This document shows, piece after piece, positions 18,784-26,752 of a stretch of DNA of 46,096 bases; the first letter of the stretch is position 1, and each line of letters begins with the position of its first letter. The stretch lies in assembly GCA_036405415.1 (NCBI GenBank), contig DASWXP010000002.1, positions 1-46,096 of the forward strand. Reading direction: 5' to 3'. The translations under genes and the position numbers were made by a program. The notes below the pieces were generated by a model. The model worked only from the letters and a program-made list of their open reading frames with translations. It searched no databases and was not told the origin of the DNA. The DNA is from Minisyncoccota bacterium. Lineage in GTDB: Bacteria; Patescibacteriota; Minisyncoccia; Phycocordibacterales; Phycocordibacteraceae.

Positions 18784-21171
18784 ATGTCGACACCAAATCT
18801 GCTAGCATTCCAGAGAAGTGCGATCGAAGCGTTGACGATAGTGTTTGTTCAGCAATGGAAAAAAGCTGGCAGACAACTTCCAGTTGTTTTTAAATCTCCA
18901 ACAGGTAGCGGCAAGACGCTTATGGTGGGGCATTTTATACGCGGACTCAATCACCTTCCTCAGTGGGACGAAGACAAGGCGTTCATTTGGATCACGTTTA
19001 GTGATGATCTTGCAATGCAGAGTCGTGACAAGTTCAAAGAGTACTTCAATAATAATCTTGAGAATGGACTACTTACTGTCGCAGATATAAATCAAGGCCT
19101 ACTCAAATCAAATGACATACTTTTCTTGAACTGGCAAAAAGTTGTGTCTGAAGCAGCGGAAAGCCGAATACTACGCAGGCCAGAAAAGCTCGACCCTCTC
19201 TATAAAGAGCGAGGGAAGTACTTCGAGGATGTTATCGATGGAACAAAAGCAAAGAAGAGAGAGATAGTTCTTATAATTGATGAGGCTCACAAGAGCAAAG
19301 GAACTCGTCTTGCTCAAAACATCATCGACTATATAGACCCTAAGATCATATTGCATATCTCAGCAACGCCAGAAGAGGTAGACGAACTTGAGGCGCACCG
19401 GCAAAAGAGCTTCGTTGAAGTAGAGCGCGAACCAGTGGTGACACAGGGTCTTATAAAAGAGAAGATCATTCTTCAAAGTGACGAGGATCTGATGGGTTAC
19501 GGAAAGAAGGATCTCGACGAAGTACTACTCGATTTAGGGCTTGGCAAGCGCGAGCAACTTAAGGCTGAGTTCAAAGCAATGGGTAAAGACGTAAACCCTT
19601 TAATGCTTATCCAGCTACCAAACGACGACAAAGAACTAACTGCGACTGGAGATAAAACAAAAGAGGAGGTCGTCTCGGCATACCTTAAGCGTAAAGGAAT
19701 ACCAGAACACAGAATCGCTAAATGGTTTGATAAGAACAAAGTAAACCTCGATGGCATAACAGCGAACGATAGTGAAGTTGATTTCCTACTCTTCAAGCAG
19801 GCAGCAGGTACGGGTTGGGATTGTCCCCGCGCAGGTGTACTTGTAATGTTCCGTGAGATTAAATCAAAGAAGTTCTATACCCAAACCATTGGACGTATAC
19901 TGCGAATGCCAGAACCACACTTGAAGGATGACTATAACAACCATCCGGCACTTCGACTCGGATACCTCTACACCAACTACAAGCGAAAAGAAGTAGAGAT
20001 ACCAGATCAATCTCGAAACAACCAACCCATCACTCAGAAGGCACTGAGAAAGATTGGAATAAGGAATGTCGACCTTCCGACTATTTATGCTTCCCGTGTC
20101 GACTATGGTGACATCCCGCGCTCCATGATCTTCCAAAAGAGCTTCACTGACTCAATGAATTCCTATTTCGGGCTCACTTCAAAGGATCTACTTGGGACGG
20201 CACAGGACAAGCTCAAAGAGAGAGGTGTTGATACAAGCTCATCACTCCCAAATCGCATTGTTGCAAACGCTGAATTTGAAGACTTCGATCAGCTAGCTTA
20301 TGACTTCGTTAAAAAGGGTGATGATGTCTCACTTGAGATGTCAATTAACGACGTTGAAAAGACATTCAACTACCTCTGTTACAAACTTTTAAGGGAACAA
20401 AGTGACGAACAAGCTAAGTACTCAAACATTGCTCGATCGTGGAGTGTGCTTAAATCCGCAACACGACTTTGGATGGAAAGTGTATTTGGATCTAACAGCG
20501 ATTACTACTACCGTGTGTTCGTGAAGGATATCCAAAAGGATGCCTCAAGCGTATTCCGCCCAGCAATAACCAAAGCACTACGGGACTTCAAGCCAATGCG
20601 TGAGAAGATGATAGAGGAAAAGAGGAAGAAGCTCGAAGAGGCGCAGACTCATTCGTTCACAATTCTTGATGAGTATGGCTACACGGACGATTATGAGGAG
20701 CTCTCTCAAGCATTGTGCGTACTCGAGAAGTTCTTCGTACTTCCGGATTATCCAGGTCGCGATAATGAGCTGAAGTTCAAGGATTATATTGACACCAAAG
20801 AAAAAGAGATTGAATGGTGGTTTAAAAATGGCGACTATGGAAAGAACTATCTAGCCATCCCTTACCGAAATACAGAAGATAAGAAAGATGTGCTCTTTTA
20901 TCCCGATTGGGTGATACGCTTCAAAGATGGCCGTATAGGCATATTTGATACCAAGGATGGCAACACAGCGACATCGCAGGAGACGAAAGATAAAGCAATT
21001 GCACTATCAAGGTGGATCAAGCAACTCGGTAAGAATTACATTGGGGGTATCGTCATTTTTGAGAACGGTATCTGGTATTGCAATGAAGGCTCGAAGTACG
21101 AGTACATCAAAGGCAGATCAGTAAATACTGATGAGAATTGGAAAAAGTTCGAGGACCAATTAAGTAAGTAA
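18784..21171 (+). CDS. res: Type III restriction enzyme Res-like SF2 helicase with a C-terminal PD-(D/E)xK nuclease motif
   Basis: Motifs: Walker A KSPTGSGKT, DEAH box LIIDEAHKS, ISATP, AGTGWDCPRA, QTIGRILR. The C-terminal FYPDWVIRFKDGRIGIFDTKDG fits PD...D-x-K. The gene starts 5 nt after the mod stop. Confidence 0.8.
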   Translation: MSTPNLLAFQRSAIEALTIVFVQQWKKAGRQLPVVFKSPTGSGKTLMVGHFIRGLNHLPQWDEDKAFIWITFSDDLAMQSRDKFKEYFNNNLENGLLTVADINQGLLKSNDILFLNWQKVVSEAAESRILRRPEKLDPLYKERGKYFEDVIDGTKAKKREIVLIIDEAHKSKGTRLAQNIIDYIDPKIILHISATPEEVDELEAHRQKSFVEVEREPVVTQGLIKEKIILQSDEDLMGYGKKDLDEVLLDLGLGKREQLKAEFKAMGKDVNPLMLIQLPNDDKELTATGDKTKEEVVSAYLKRKGIPEHRIAKWFDKNKVNLDGITANDSEVDFLLFKQAAGTGWDCPRAGVLVMFREIKSKKFYTQTIGRILRMPEPHLKDDYNNHPALRLGYLYTNYKRKEVEIPDQSRNNQPITQKALRKIGIRNVDLPTIYASRVDYGDIPRSMIFQKSFTDSMNSYFGLTSKDLLGTAQDKLKERGVDTSSSLPNRIVANAEFEDFDQLAYDFVKKGDDVSLEMSINDVEKTFNYLCYKLLREQSDEQAKYSNIARSWSVLKSATRLWMESVFGSNSDYYYRVFVKDIQKDASSVFRPAITKALRDFKPMREKMIEEKRKKLEEAQTHSFTILDEYGYTDDYEELSQALCVLEKFFVLPDYPGRDNELKFKDYIDTKEKEIEWWFKNGDYGKNYLAIPYRNTEDKKDVLFYPDWVIRFKDGRIGIFDTKDGNTATSQETKDKAIALSRWIKQLGKNYIGGIVIFENGIWYCNEGSKYEYIKGRSVNTDENWKKFEDQLSK

Positions 21172-21245
21172 TGATTCTTCCAGAAAGAACTTTAGAGCTG
21201 ACGCATAAGCATCCGCTCTGCGCTATAGGGAGCTTAAACTCTATT

Positions 21246-21254
21246 TGATACAGT
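21246..21254 (+). promoter_or_regulatory. Extended -10 promoter element TGaTACAGT
   Basis: The hexamer ends 6 nt before the ATG at 21261, which implies a leaderless mRNA. It is the same hexamer as at rpsP. Confidence 0.45.
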
Positions 21255-21260
21255 AGACTC

Positions 21261-24101
21261 ATGACGCAGGAGACCGCCTTCCTAGAAGCCTATGGCCGTC
21301 TCAACGAGGCCCAGAAGAAGGCCGTAGACACCGTCGAAGGCCCGGTACTCGTGGTAGCGGGACCAGGAACCGGAAAGACCCATATCCTCACGCTCCGGAT
21401 CGCGAACATCCTCCGGTCTACCACGGACACCTCTCCTGAGAACATCCTCGTCCTCACGTTCACCGATTCTGCGGCACGCACCGTCTCCAAGCGCCTCGGC
21501 ACCTTCATCGGCGACGAAGCCGCTCGGAAAGTAAACGTCTTCACCTTCCACGGATTCGCCGGAGAGATCCTCAGGAGGCACCCCGAAGCATTCCCCGAGT
21601 TCGCGGATCAGCGGCTCATGGGCGAGGTAGAGCAGATACTCGTCTGGCGCGCGGTGCTTGAGAACGCTACCGACTCGAAGCTCCGTACCCCGAAGTCTCC
21701 GTTCCATTATCTCAAGGACCTCAAGTCCCTCGAGGACTCGCTCACGCGCGAGTGCGTATCAACCGACGACTACCGCGCCTGGCTCGACCGGGAAGAGCAG
21801 TCCCTTAAGGACGATCCGAAGCTCGTATACGCCAAAGGCGAGCGCGCAGGGGATCTGAACGCAGCCGGGACTAAGCGCGCAGAGCGCCTCATAAAGGGCC
21901 GCGAGGCCGCGGACCTCATCGACGCGTACCGCGCGCTCAAAGAAGAGCTCGGCGTGTACGGATACACCGACATCCTCCGGATCGTGACGGACGCGCTCAA
22001 GGAAGACGAAGCCCTGCGCGCAGAGCTCCAGGAACGCTATCAGTATGTGCTCGCAGACGAGCACCAGGACGCGAACGCATTGCAGCATGCCTTGCTCGAC
22101 GCGCTCGCCTTCGACGAGCACCCGAATCTCTTCATCGTGGGAGACGAGAAGCAGGCAGTGTACGGATTCCAGGGCGCGGACACCACGCACTTCGAGACAT
22201 TCACGAGCCTCTACCCGAGGACGACCGTGATCCCACTCACCGAGAACTATCGCTCCTTCCAGGACATCCTCGACCTCTCGCACGGGCTCCTCGCGGATCT
22301 CCCGTCCTCAACCGGAGGTCATGTTGAGCTTTCCGGCTTCCGCGGGAAGGGCGGCACTGCCCACATCCTTGCGGCAACCGACGCGCTCGCAGAAAGGGAC
22401 CAGGTAGCGACCTTGGTACAGGAGGCGATCAATGAAGGCGTACAGCCTCACGAGATCGCGATAATCACGCTCAAGAACCGCACCGCGGACCTCTTCGCGC
22501 TCCATCTGCGCGCTCGCGGCATAGCGGCGCTCCGGGCAGGGGACATAGACCTCGAAGGGAGGCCTGCGATCCGCTTCTTGCTTGCCGTGATGGACGCGGT
22601 AGCGGACCAGAACGCGCCTCATGCGCTACGCGAGGCGCTGCTTGCGCCGTGGTGGCAGGCACCTCTAGAAGATCGTGCCCGGTTCCTGCGCACGCACGGA
22701 GACTGGGAACTCGAAGAATCCCTCAAGGAAGCATTCCCTGACATCGCTGCCATCGTAGCGGGGCTGCGCGAGAAGGTGCTCGTGGTGCCGCCTTTGAACG
22801 CATTCTCCTACATCCTCTCAGACTCAGGCGCCCGCTCGTACTTCCTCTCTTCAGGAGAGACCGTGCACGAGGATCTGCCCCTGGTGCGCCAGCTCATGAC
22901 CCATATCGAGGAGCTCGCAGCCCGGGATCCGAACGCTTCCTTCAAGGAGGTAATGGAGAGCTTCGGAAAGGCGCGCGAGCACGAGGTAGGCGCTATAAAG
23001 ACCTCGCGCACGCAGCAGGAGGGATTGGTAACGGTGATAACCGCGCATAAGGCGAAGGGCATGGAGTTCGAGCGCGTGTTCGTGACCGCCCTCTCCGCCC
23101 GCGAGTGGGAAGGGCGCGGCAAGTCCTCGCTCGTCCCGTCGCCATTCTCAGCGAGCCGCGAGCGCGAAGAGCTCATACGCCTCTTCTACGTCGCGCTCAC
23201 GCGCGCCAAAGACCGGCTCGTGCTCTCGTTCCCGCGCGAGAGCGCGGACGGGAAGGACGAGGCCCCCATGTCCCTCTTGCCGCAGGGCCTTCCGGAGATC
23301 CGGGTATCAGAGGATCCGCTGCCAAAGCTCCACGCGGTCGTGGACGCGCCGAAGCTCGTATGCGAGCTCACGCTCGCATACCTCGCGCACGAAGGCCTCT
23401 CGCCGTCCGCGTTCAACGAATATCTCGAGTCTCCGGCGACATTCTTCGCCAAGCGCGTCCTGCGCCTCCGGGAGCCGGAGAACCGCAGCATCGTGCTCGG
23501 GAACGCCGTGCACGCCGCTATCGCTGCGTACCTGCGCGCGAAGGACGCGCCGGAAGAGGAGCGCGAAGCGGCAGCGTACGGGGAACTCGCACGCTCCTTC
23601 AGGAAATCCCTCCTCCCGCGCGGCGACACCTTCGCGGCGCTCGAGCGCCAGGCACGCACCTGCCTTGCGGCATACCTCTCAAGCGATCTCCTTATGCGCG
23701 AGGCGGTTGCGGTAGAGGAAACGTTCCGCCTCGAGCGTACCGTAGGCGCGCATCAGCTGCTTCTCAAGGGCAAGGTAGATGCCGTATTCAAGGGCGAGCG
23801 GGGAGAATGCATCGTAGACTTCAAGACCTCCTCCACCATAGACAAGAAAGACCAGGAGAAGTTCGAGCGCCAGATCGCGTTCTATGACATGCTGCTGCGC
23901 AATAACGGGCACCATACCGAGGACGGCCTCATCATCCAGGTAGGGGACGAGATAACGGAGTATCCCGTAGCGCTCAACGGCGAGACCCGCACGTCCTTCG
24001 AGGCATGTCTCAAAGACGTGCTTGAGGAACTCGTCTCCGGGAAATGGAGGGAAGGGGAGCCGAGCCCGTATGACGACCTCTTAGGACTATTTGACAAATA
24101 A
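21261..24101 (+). CDS. UvrD/PcrA-family SF1 helicase fused to a C-terminal RecB-like PD-(D/E)xK nuclease (AddA-like)
   Basis: Helicase motifs: VVAGPGTGKTH, LADEHQDAN, GDEKQAVYGFQGA, ENYRS, TAHKAKGMEFERVFV, YVALTRAKDRLVLS. C-terminal nuclease motif: GKVDAVFKGERGECIVDFKTS...QIAFYDMLL. Confidence 0.88.
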   Translation: MTQETAFLEAYGRLNEAQKKAVDTVEGPVLVVAGPGTGKTHILTLRIANILRSTTDTSPENILVLTFTDSAARTVSKRLGTFIGDEAARKVNVFTFHGFAGEILRRHPEAFPEFADQRLMGEVEQILVWRAVLENATDSKLRTPKSPFHYLKDLKSLEDSLTRECVSTDDYRAWLDREEQSLKDDPKLVYAKGERAGDLNAAGTKRAERLIKGREAADLIDAYRALKEELGVYGYTDILRIVTDALKEDEALRAELQERYQYVLADEHQDANALQHALLDALAFDEHPNLFIVGDEKQAVYGFQGADTTHFETFTSLYPRTTVIPLTENYRSFQDILDLSHGLLADLPSSTGGHVELSGFRGKGGTAHILAATDALAERDQVATLVQEAINEGVQPHEIAIITLKNRTADLFALHLRARGIAALRAGDIDLEGRPAIRFLLAVMDAVADQNAPHALREALLAPWWQAPLEDRARFLRTHGDWELEESLKEAFPDIAAIVAGLREKVLVVPPLNAFSYILSDSGARSYFLSSGETVHEDLPLVRQLMTHIEELAARDPNASFKEVMESFGKAREHEVGAIKTSRTQQEGLVTVITAHKAKGMEFERVFVTALSAREWEGRGKSSLVPSPFSASREREELIRLFYVALTRAKDRLVLSFPRESADGKDEAPMSLLPQGLPEIRVSEDPLPKLHAVVDAPKLVCELTLAYLAHEGLSPSAFNEYLESPATFFAKRVLRLREPENRSIVLGNAVHAAIAAYLRAKDAPEEEREAAAYGELARSFRKSLLPRGDTFAALERQARTCLAAYLSSDLLMREAVAVEETFRLERTVGAHQLLLKGKVDAVFKGERGECIVDFKTSSTIDKKDQEKFERQIAFYDMLLRNNGHHTEDGLIIQVGDEITEYPVALNGETRTSFEACLKDVLEELVSGKWREGEPSPYDDLLGLFDK

Positions 24102-24119
24102 TAAATACGATGCTATCGT
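24091..24119 (+). promoter_or_regulatory. Sigma-70-like promoter for the DksA/TraR-like gene
   Basis: TTGACA, 17 nt, then (TGc)TATCGT. It overlaps the stop of the helicase gene. Confidence 0.55.
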
Positions 24120-24154
24120 ATTTTCCTGTTCATTTTTAGTGCACGGAGTGTGCA

Positions 24155-24412
24155 ATGCTGCACGAAATCAGATCGAGACAACAAACGGTCCAAAGGATCC
24201 TCGAGACTCGCGACCGACCGCTCGGATATTTCCTCCTCAAGATCGAAAAGGTGCTCCCGCAGCTGGAACGAGCTGTCGAGAAGATCATCGAAGGAACGTA
24301 TGGAAGCTGCGACGACTGCAGCAATACCATCCCTGAAAAACGTCTTGCGGCAGTTCCTGGAGCAACTCGCTGCACTCCGTGCCAGACCCTCTTTGAGGAC
24401 TCTCGGCACTAG
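24155..24412 (+). CDS. DksA/TraR-family C4 zinc-finger protein
   Basis: GTYGSCDDCSNTIPEKRLAAVPGATRCTPCQ contains the CxxC-N17-CxxC motif typical of the family. Confidence 0.85.
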   Translation: MLHEIRSRQQTVQRILETRDRPLGYFLLKIEKVLPQLERAVEKIIEGTYGSCDDCSNTIPEKRLAAVPGATRCTPCQTLFEDSRH

Positions 24413-25062
24413 GCCGCCATCGGAAGATCGGCGGCCTTTTCTGTATCCTTCGTTAAGAAACCTCGATATACGAATGCCGGCCCTTCTTTCCCTTCATTCT
24501 CATATTCCCAGAGCAAATCGAGCTCTTCCTCGGTCATGAGATTCCTGGGGAAACTTCTCAACGGTATGCGTACGGTTATGAACCGTATCGCATCCTTAGG
24601 CACGAACCCTGCAGCGCTGCGCACCCGGCTTCGCTCTATGCCGCCAAATATCTGCGTTGATTCCGGCAGCTGCTCAAAATAGAAGTCGTCCGGTTTGCGG
24701 AAACCATACACAGTAACGATGCCATCGAGATGGCCGTATCCTTCAAGAAACGCGTTATCGATACCACGAGTGCCATCCTGCTTAGGATTCCAGACTACAG
24801 AATTCGCATAAGGCTGTCCTCCTACGAATGAAAGCGAAAGGGGTTCGCCTGTCGTGACGAGATGCATAAGCTGCTCGGGATTCTCACGGCGTACGACAAG
24901 AGTTTCAGAGGGCAGCGCTCGATACATCTCAGTGATGTTATCGAACTCTTCGTAGGTTTCAGAGTCTCGAATACTCTTTAGTACGCGCTCAGCGTTCTCA
25001 GAGGACTCGTTTCGCAGACGAGACCTTTCGTTTGATGAGTGTCCTACGCTTTCTAAACCCAT
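24409..25062 (-). CDS. Hypothetical protein (217 aa), no family recognised
   Basis: It is the only long ORF here and has balanced amino-acid composition. Hand counts give about 45-48% GC, below the local background. Its stop overlaps the DksA-like stop (CTAG). Confidence 0.55.
   Translation of the reverse strand: MGLESVGHSSNERSRLRNESSENAERVLKSIRDSETYEEFDNITEMYRALPSETLVVRRENPEQLMHLVTTGEPLSLSFVGGQPYANSVVWNPKQDGTRGIDNAFLEGYGHLDGIVTVYGFRKPDDFYFEQLPESTQIFGGIERSRVRSAAGFVPKDAIRFITVRIPLRSFPRNLMTEEELDLLWEYENEGKEGPAFVYRGFLTKDTEKAADLPMAA
24411..24443 (+). terminator. Intrinsic terminator, embedded in the 3' end of the convergent ORF
   Basis: AGGCCGCC, 11 nt, then GGCGGCCT, followed by TTTTCTG. Confidence 0.65.
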
Positions 25063-25065
25063 ACC

Positions 25066-25761
25066 CTAGCGAACCTTCGCCAACGAATCCTCGATGACGC
25101 GCTTCATGTCCTCGTAGGTAAGCGCTCCCTGGATAGCCACCGGCTCCTGGCCGTCGACCATGACGACCGTATACGGCGCTCCCTTGGCGCCTGCATCGAG
25201 CGCGTTCTGCGTGTCCTCGTACACCTTCTTCGTGAAGCGGCCGTTCGTAAGGCACTGCATGAACTCGGCCTCAGGAAGCCCGAGTCCGCGGGCTACCGAC
25301 TCGTATCCCTCTACCGGGAACTCGCTCTCGCCGGGAGCCGCGCTCTGGAGCGCGTCGATGAAGCGCCAGAACGCGTCATCGTCCCCGAGGAATCCGGCGC
25401 ACTCGGCAGCCTCCGCATGCGACGCGGCGCCCGCGTGCTGATCAAGGAGCGGGAAGTGGCGGTACACCCACGCGACCTGGCCGCCCGCAGCGTACTCGCT
25501 CATGAGCTGCTGCATCGTGGCCTGGAACTGCTTGCTGTACATGGAATCGATGTCCGCGTACTCGATGATAGCTACCGGAGCTTCCGGGTTGCCGATGATG
25601 CGGTCCGCAGGCGTGACCGGCTTCACCATGTCAGGGTCGCCCGCGCCTATCTTCGGGCTCTTGTCGGTGCGCACCGCGTATACGGTGAGGGCGAGCAGCA
25701 GCCCCGCGAGCACGATGGCGCCCGGGAGCAGGTAGTCGCGACGGATGTTCTGGATGTTCAT
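25066..25761 (-). CDS. DsbA/thioredoxin-fold protein with an N-terminal membrane anchor and SMYS in place of the CxxC active site
   Basis: Track ORF is trimmed to ATG ending at 25761 (MNIQNIRRDYLLPGAIVLAGLLLAL). APVAIIEYADIDSMYSKQF aligns with the family pattern xEYxDxxCPxCxxF. Downstream motifs: HAEAAECAG...FWRFIDAL and GAPYTVV. Confidence 0.75.
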   Translation of the reverse strand: MNIQNIRRDYLLPGAIVLAGLLLALTVYAVRTDKSPKIGAGDPDMVKPVTPADRIIGNPEAPVAIIEYADIDSMYSKQFQATMQQLMSEYAAGGQVAWVYRHFPLLDQHAGAASHAEAAECAGFLGDDDAFWRFIDALQSAAPGESEFPVEGYESVARGLGLPEAEFMQCLTNGRFTKKVYEDTQNALDAGAKGAPYTVVMVDGQEPVAIQGALTYEDMKRVIEDSLAKVR

Positions 25762-25788
25762 GAAAAAAGGATAGCATGCGAACGTGAA

Positions 25789-25812
25789 CAGCCCCGCGCG
25801 AGCGCGGGGCTG
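25789..25812 (-). terminator. Terminator-like 10-bp GC hairpin downstream of the 94-aa ORF
   Basis: CAGCCCCGCG-CGAG-CGCGGGGCTG. The U-tract on the minus strand is weak. Confidence 0.4.
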
Positions 25813-25819
25813 TGCCTGT

Positions 25820-26104
25820 TCAGGCGGCGAGTCGCAGCTCATCCCTTTCGGGCAGCAGCTCGTTGCGGACCTTCACCCGGCTGACATTCCTGCTGGAAAC
25901 CTGCTGCCACAGGAAGTCCGCGACGCTCCTTGTCAGGTTCTCGTCGCGCACGTCCGTGAGCGTGCAGATGATCGAGCCAGGGGAAACCGACGATCCAGGA
26001 ACCGGATGCAGGCTGAACCCCGGAAACTCCTTGAGGAATCCGGCGAGCAGGCTGTCTTGCTCGGGTTCGCTGAGGTCAGCGATGATTTGAAGATATGCGC
26101 GCAT
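25820..26104 (-). CDS. Hypothetical small protein (94 aa)
   Basis: Of three overlapping ORFs here, this one has the most protein-like composition. It is co-oriented with its neighbours and followed by a hairpin. Confidence 0.4.
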   Translation of the reverse strand: MRAYLQIIADLSEPEQDSLLAGFLKEFPGFSLHPVPGSSVSPGSIICTLTDVRDENLTRSVADFLWQQVSSRNVSRVKVRNELLPERDELRLAA

Positions 26105-26172
26105 GTAACCCCCTATGGATAGCGCAAACGGGACACCTGCGATGAAAATAGCACGAAACCTATATAAATCAA

Positions 26173-26751
26173 CTATAGCCCCAAGGTATGCGTGAACGCG
26201 GCAGCCTCAGGCGGCTCCTGCCATTTGCTCGTATCCATCTTGAGATCCCGGGCCTGGTTGAGGTCCTTGAACTTAAGCGCGCCATTCTTGAGCGCGTAAT
26301 CGTAGAGCTGGCGGGTGATCCTCACGTCCATGATGCAGTACTCGCGCACCTTGTCGTAGAGCCCTTCCTGCCACCAGCGCACCGATTGGAGCCCGTCTCC
26401 GGACTTGCCGACCTTGAGCGTCGCTTCCGCAAGGGACTGAAGCCGTATCCTTCTCCCGAGCGCCTTCTGCACCTCGACCAAAAGGTCGATGGAGCGGATC
26501 TTCGTGAGGTCGCCCGGATAGTACTTGTTCAGAAGCGGGATATCGAACGAGTCCGAGTTGAATCCGATCAAGGTATCGGCCTGCTCGATGATAGGCCAGA
26601 GCTTCGGGAGCTCTTCCTGGGAATAGGAGGAGAACTCTCCGGTCTCTGAGTCGTGGATCGCCACAACCGCAAGGTCCAGCCGCGTCACGTCCTGGCGCGC
26701 CATGGTAGGGAGCACGTTTGCCGTCTCGATGTCGAACGTGATCTCGCGCAT
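26173..26751 (-). CDS. RNase H-fold DEDDy 3'-5' exonuclease (PolB-exonuclease-like)
   Basis: Track ORF is trimmed to MREITFDIET. Motifs: Exo I FDIET, Exo II GFNSDSFDIPLL, Exo III YCIMDVRITRQLY. Its ATG ends 1 nt after the hisS stop codon. Confidence 0.75.
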   Translation of the reverse strand: MREITFDIETANVLPTMARQDVTRLDLAVVAIHDSETGEFSSYSQEELPKLWPIIEQADTLIGFNSDSFDIPLLNKYYPGDLTKIRSIDLLVEVQKALGRRIRLQSLAEATLKVGKSGDGLQSVRWWQEGLYDKVREYCIMDVRITRQLYDYALKNGALKFKDLNQARDLKMDTSKWQEPPEAAAFTHTLGL

Positions 26752-26752
26752 G

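Larger units (their letters stand above)
16741..21245. other. Low-GC genomic island carrying an HTH-Mod-Res cassette
   Basis: Hand GC counts on 60-nt lines inside give 33-40%, against about 63% in flanking rpoD and uvrD-like lines. The composition changes sharply at both edges. Confidence 0.8.

Noticed and set aside
16741-21245. Calling the island an integrative mobile element or prophage remnant
   Set aside because: I recognised no integrase, transposase, tRNA attachment site or flanking direct repeat. Only a 6-bp CTTTAG is shared between the flanks, which is not significant. The excisionase-type HTH alone is not enough.
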